DNA from: Candidatus Saccharimonadota bacterium
GTDB lineage: Bacteria; Patescibacteriota; Microgenomatia; UBA1406; GWC2-37-13
Assembly (NCBI GenBank): GCA_016700135.1
Contig: CP065004.1
Location: 900,001-932,000, forward strand
Length of the DNA: 32,000 nt
Direction of reading: 5' to 3'
This document shows, piece after piece, positions 30,873 through 32,000 of the stretch. Position numbers and translations under genes: made by a program. Each line of letters starts with the position of its first letter. Positions within the stretch are counted from its first letter, which is position 1. The notes below the pieces were generated by a model, which saw nothing but the letters and a program-made list of their open reading frames with translations, made no database searches and was not told where the DNA came from.

Positions 30873-32000
30873 TTACTCCTCCATCCCCCAACTGTAAATC
30901 TCAATCGGCCATTTGTCAGTCGGAGAAACCTCAAGACTTTCGACCCGATACTCAAGTTTCATATTTTTCTTGGCGTATTGCTTGATGTCTTCGGGCAGGA
31001 TACTCTCCCAGTCCTCGACGATGAGAAGTCCTTTTTCATGTTTTGATTGTTCCTTGAGAAAGTCTTTGAGAGTTCCGTACTCCATGACGTTATTCACAAC
31101 GTGAGGACGCGGCGGATTTGCGTGTTTGGCAAAGTAAGCATCGGCATTCGGTTTTTCAGTCAGGTACCATCTCTGTGCGTCGATGATATCATTGAAAATT
31201 ATCATGTCCTGATAATTCGGATATTTTTTTTCGATGAATGCAAAAGCGTCTTTGTAGTTGGCATTTTGGACATCGGCGTAGAGGTCCGCATTCGGACTGT
31301 AGTAGACAGCAGGTTTCCTGGAGATTTTGTATCCGCCAGTGAGAAGTATGAGAGCGATAATTCCGCAGATGAGACCGCTTTGTTTATTAAACATCTTTTC
31401 CCCGGCTCTTGCCCAAAATACTCCGAAAAACACATAGAGTACCGGGAAAAGCGGAAGAATATATCGTATGTTGTGAGAGGGTTTAAAAAAAGTCCATAAA
31501 AATAATAGAGCCATCCCCCACAACCCAATTCCGAATACTGCTCCAATGTATTTTTTATATGAGAGGAGTAACCCAAACAAAGCCGGTAGGACAAGAAACA
31601 GATACTGTCTGGCAAAAAGCTCCCGTAAGTATGTGACATTGTTGACTTTTGAAGAGTTGAGATTAAGTAGATGCTGATAGGCTTGAGAGACATAAACAAA
31701 AAGAAGAATTCCCAGTATCCCCAGAGCAGTCCATATAAGATGCTTCTTTGCAAACGAAAACAGGGATTTTCGGTAATGAATGATGATAAATCCGCCGTAA
31801 ATTACAAAAAACAAAGATGCAACGATATGAAAAAGCCAGGCGACAAATGACAAAACTACTACTCCGACGTGTAGTAATATTTGCTTTTTTCTCTGAAGAT
31901 TCTTTTGGGATAATAGCTGAAGACAGTATACGATTGCAAGGATGATGGCAGTCAGCGCTGCATATGAACGTGCCTGTGTAGCATATGCCAGATTGAGTTC
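30873..32000 (-). CDS. GT-C-like polytopic membrane protein, partial (5' end beyond the right window edge)
   Basis: The track starts it at the TTG at 31853, but I read the same frame upstream to position 32000 without a stop (ELNLAYATQARSYAALTAIILAIVYCLQLLSQKNLQRKKQILLHVGVVVLSF...). Hydrophobic N-part plus a soluble C-terminal domain, as in the other GT-C genes here. Confidence 0.55.
   Translation of the reverse strand, partial: ELNLAYATQARSYAALTAIILAIVYCLQLLSQKNLQRKKQILLHVGVVVLSFVAWLFHIVASLFFVIYGGFIIIHYRKSLFSFAKKHLIWTALGILGILLFVYVSQAYQHLLNLNSSKVNNVTYLRELFARQYLFLVLPALFGLLLSYKKYIGAVFGIGLWGMALLFLWTFFKPSHNIRYILPLFPVLYVFFGVFWARAGEKMFNKQSGLICGIIALILLTGGYKISRKPAVYYSPNADLYADVQNANYKDAFAFIEKKYPNYQDMIIFNDIIDAQRWYLTEKPNADAYFAKHANPPRPHVVNNVMEYGTLKDFLKEQSKHEKGLLIVEDWESILPEDIKQYAKKNMKLEYRVESLEVSPTDKWPIEIYSWGMEE

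Noticed and set aside
1-32000. CRISPR arrays, rRNA or tRNA genes, and alternative genetic code (TGA recoding as in some candidate phyla).
   Set aside because: No regularly spaced direct repeats and no rRNA- or tRNA-like conserved blocks were seen. All recognised genes are full length with standard stops, so nothing suggests stop-codon reassignment.

Overview
Gene-dense bacterial window with tight or overlapping gene junctions and almost no Shine-Dalgarno signals. The gene content (many GT-C/PMT-like membrane glycosyltransferases, GTCAT-type palindromic repeats) suggests an uncultivated small-genome lineage such as CPR/Patescibacteria; this is inference only. There are three blocks. (1) 1-5081: an AT-rich partial orphan ORF, a DUF5680-like gene, a GT-C glycosyltransferase, a decayed IS1016-group (IS1595 family) element with 15-bp inverted repeats and a 7-bp target duplication, an orphan ORF and a Wzx-like flippase. 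(2) 5121-22656: a sugar-metabolism island. It holds NagB, a GH100/GDE-like hydrolase, a GT-B transferase, a PIG-L/LmbE deacetylase, a hexokinase-family kinase, GalM, GalK, a GH37 trehalase, a 564-aa GT-B-like orphan, a GH63 hydrolase, a GpgS/MpgS-like GT-A enzyme, a eukaryote-type UDP-sugar pyrophosphorylase and Gmd. (3) 22929-32000: a SAM methyltransferase followed by a minus-strand, translationally coupled glycan-assembly operon (2 GT2, 4 GT-C including a tandem paralog pair, and a MurJ-like flippase) that runs off the right edge. The most notable points are: a family of ~70-bp GTCAT...ATGAC palindromic elements present at least 6 times, three of them inserted in-frame inside coding genes in the manner of Rickettsia palindromic elements; three adjacent glycosyltransferase/glycoside-hydrolase pairs that look like compatible-solute modules; a 19-nt near-palindromic motif shared exactly by two divergent promoter regions; and the GT-C-rich operon. 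No rRNA, tRNA or CRISPR array was seen. All family assignments rest on motif recognition by eye, not on searches.
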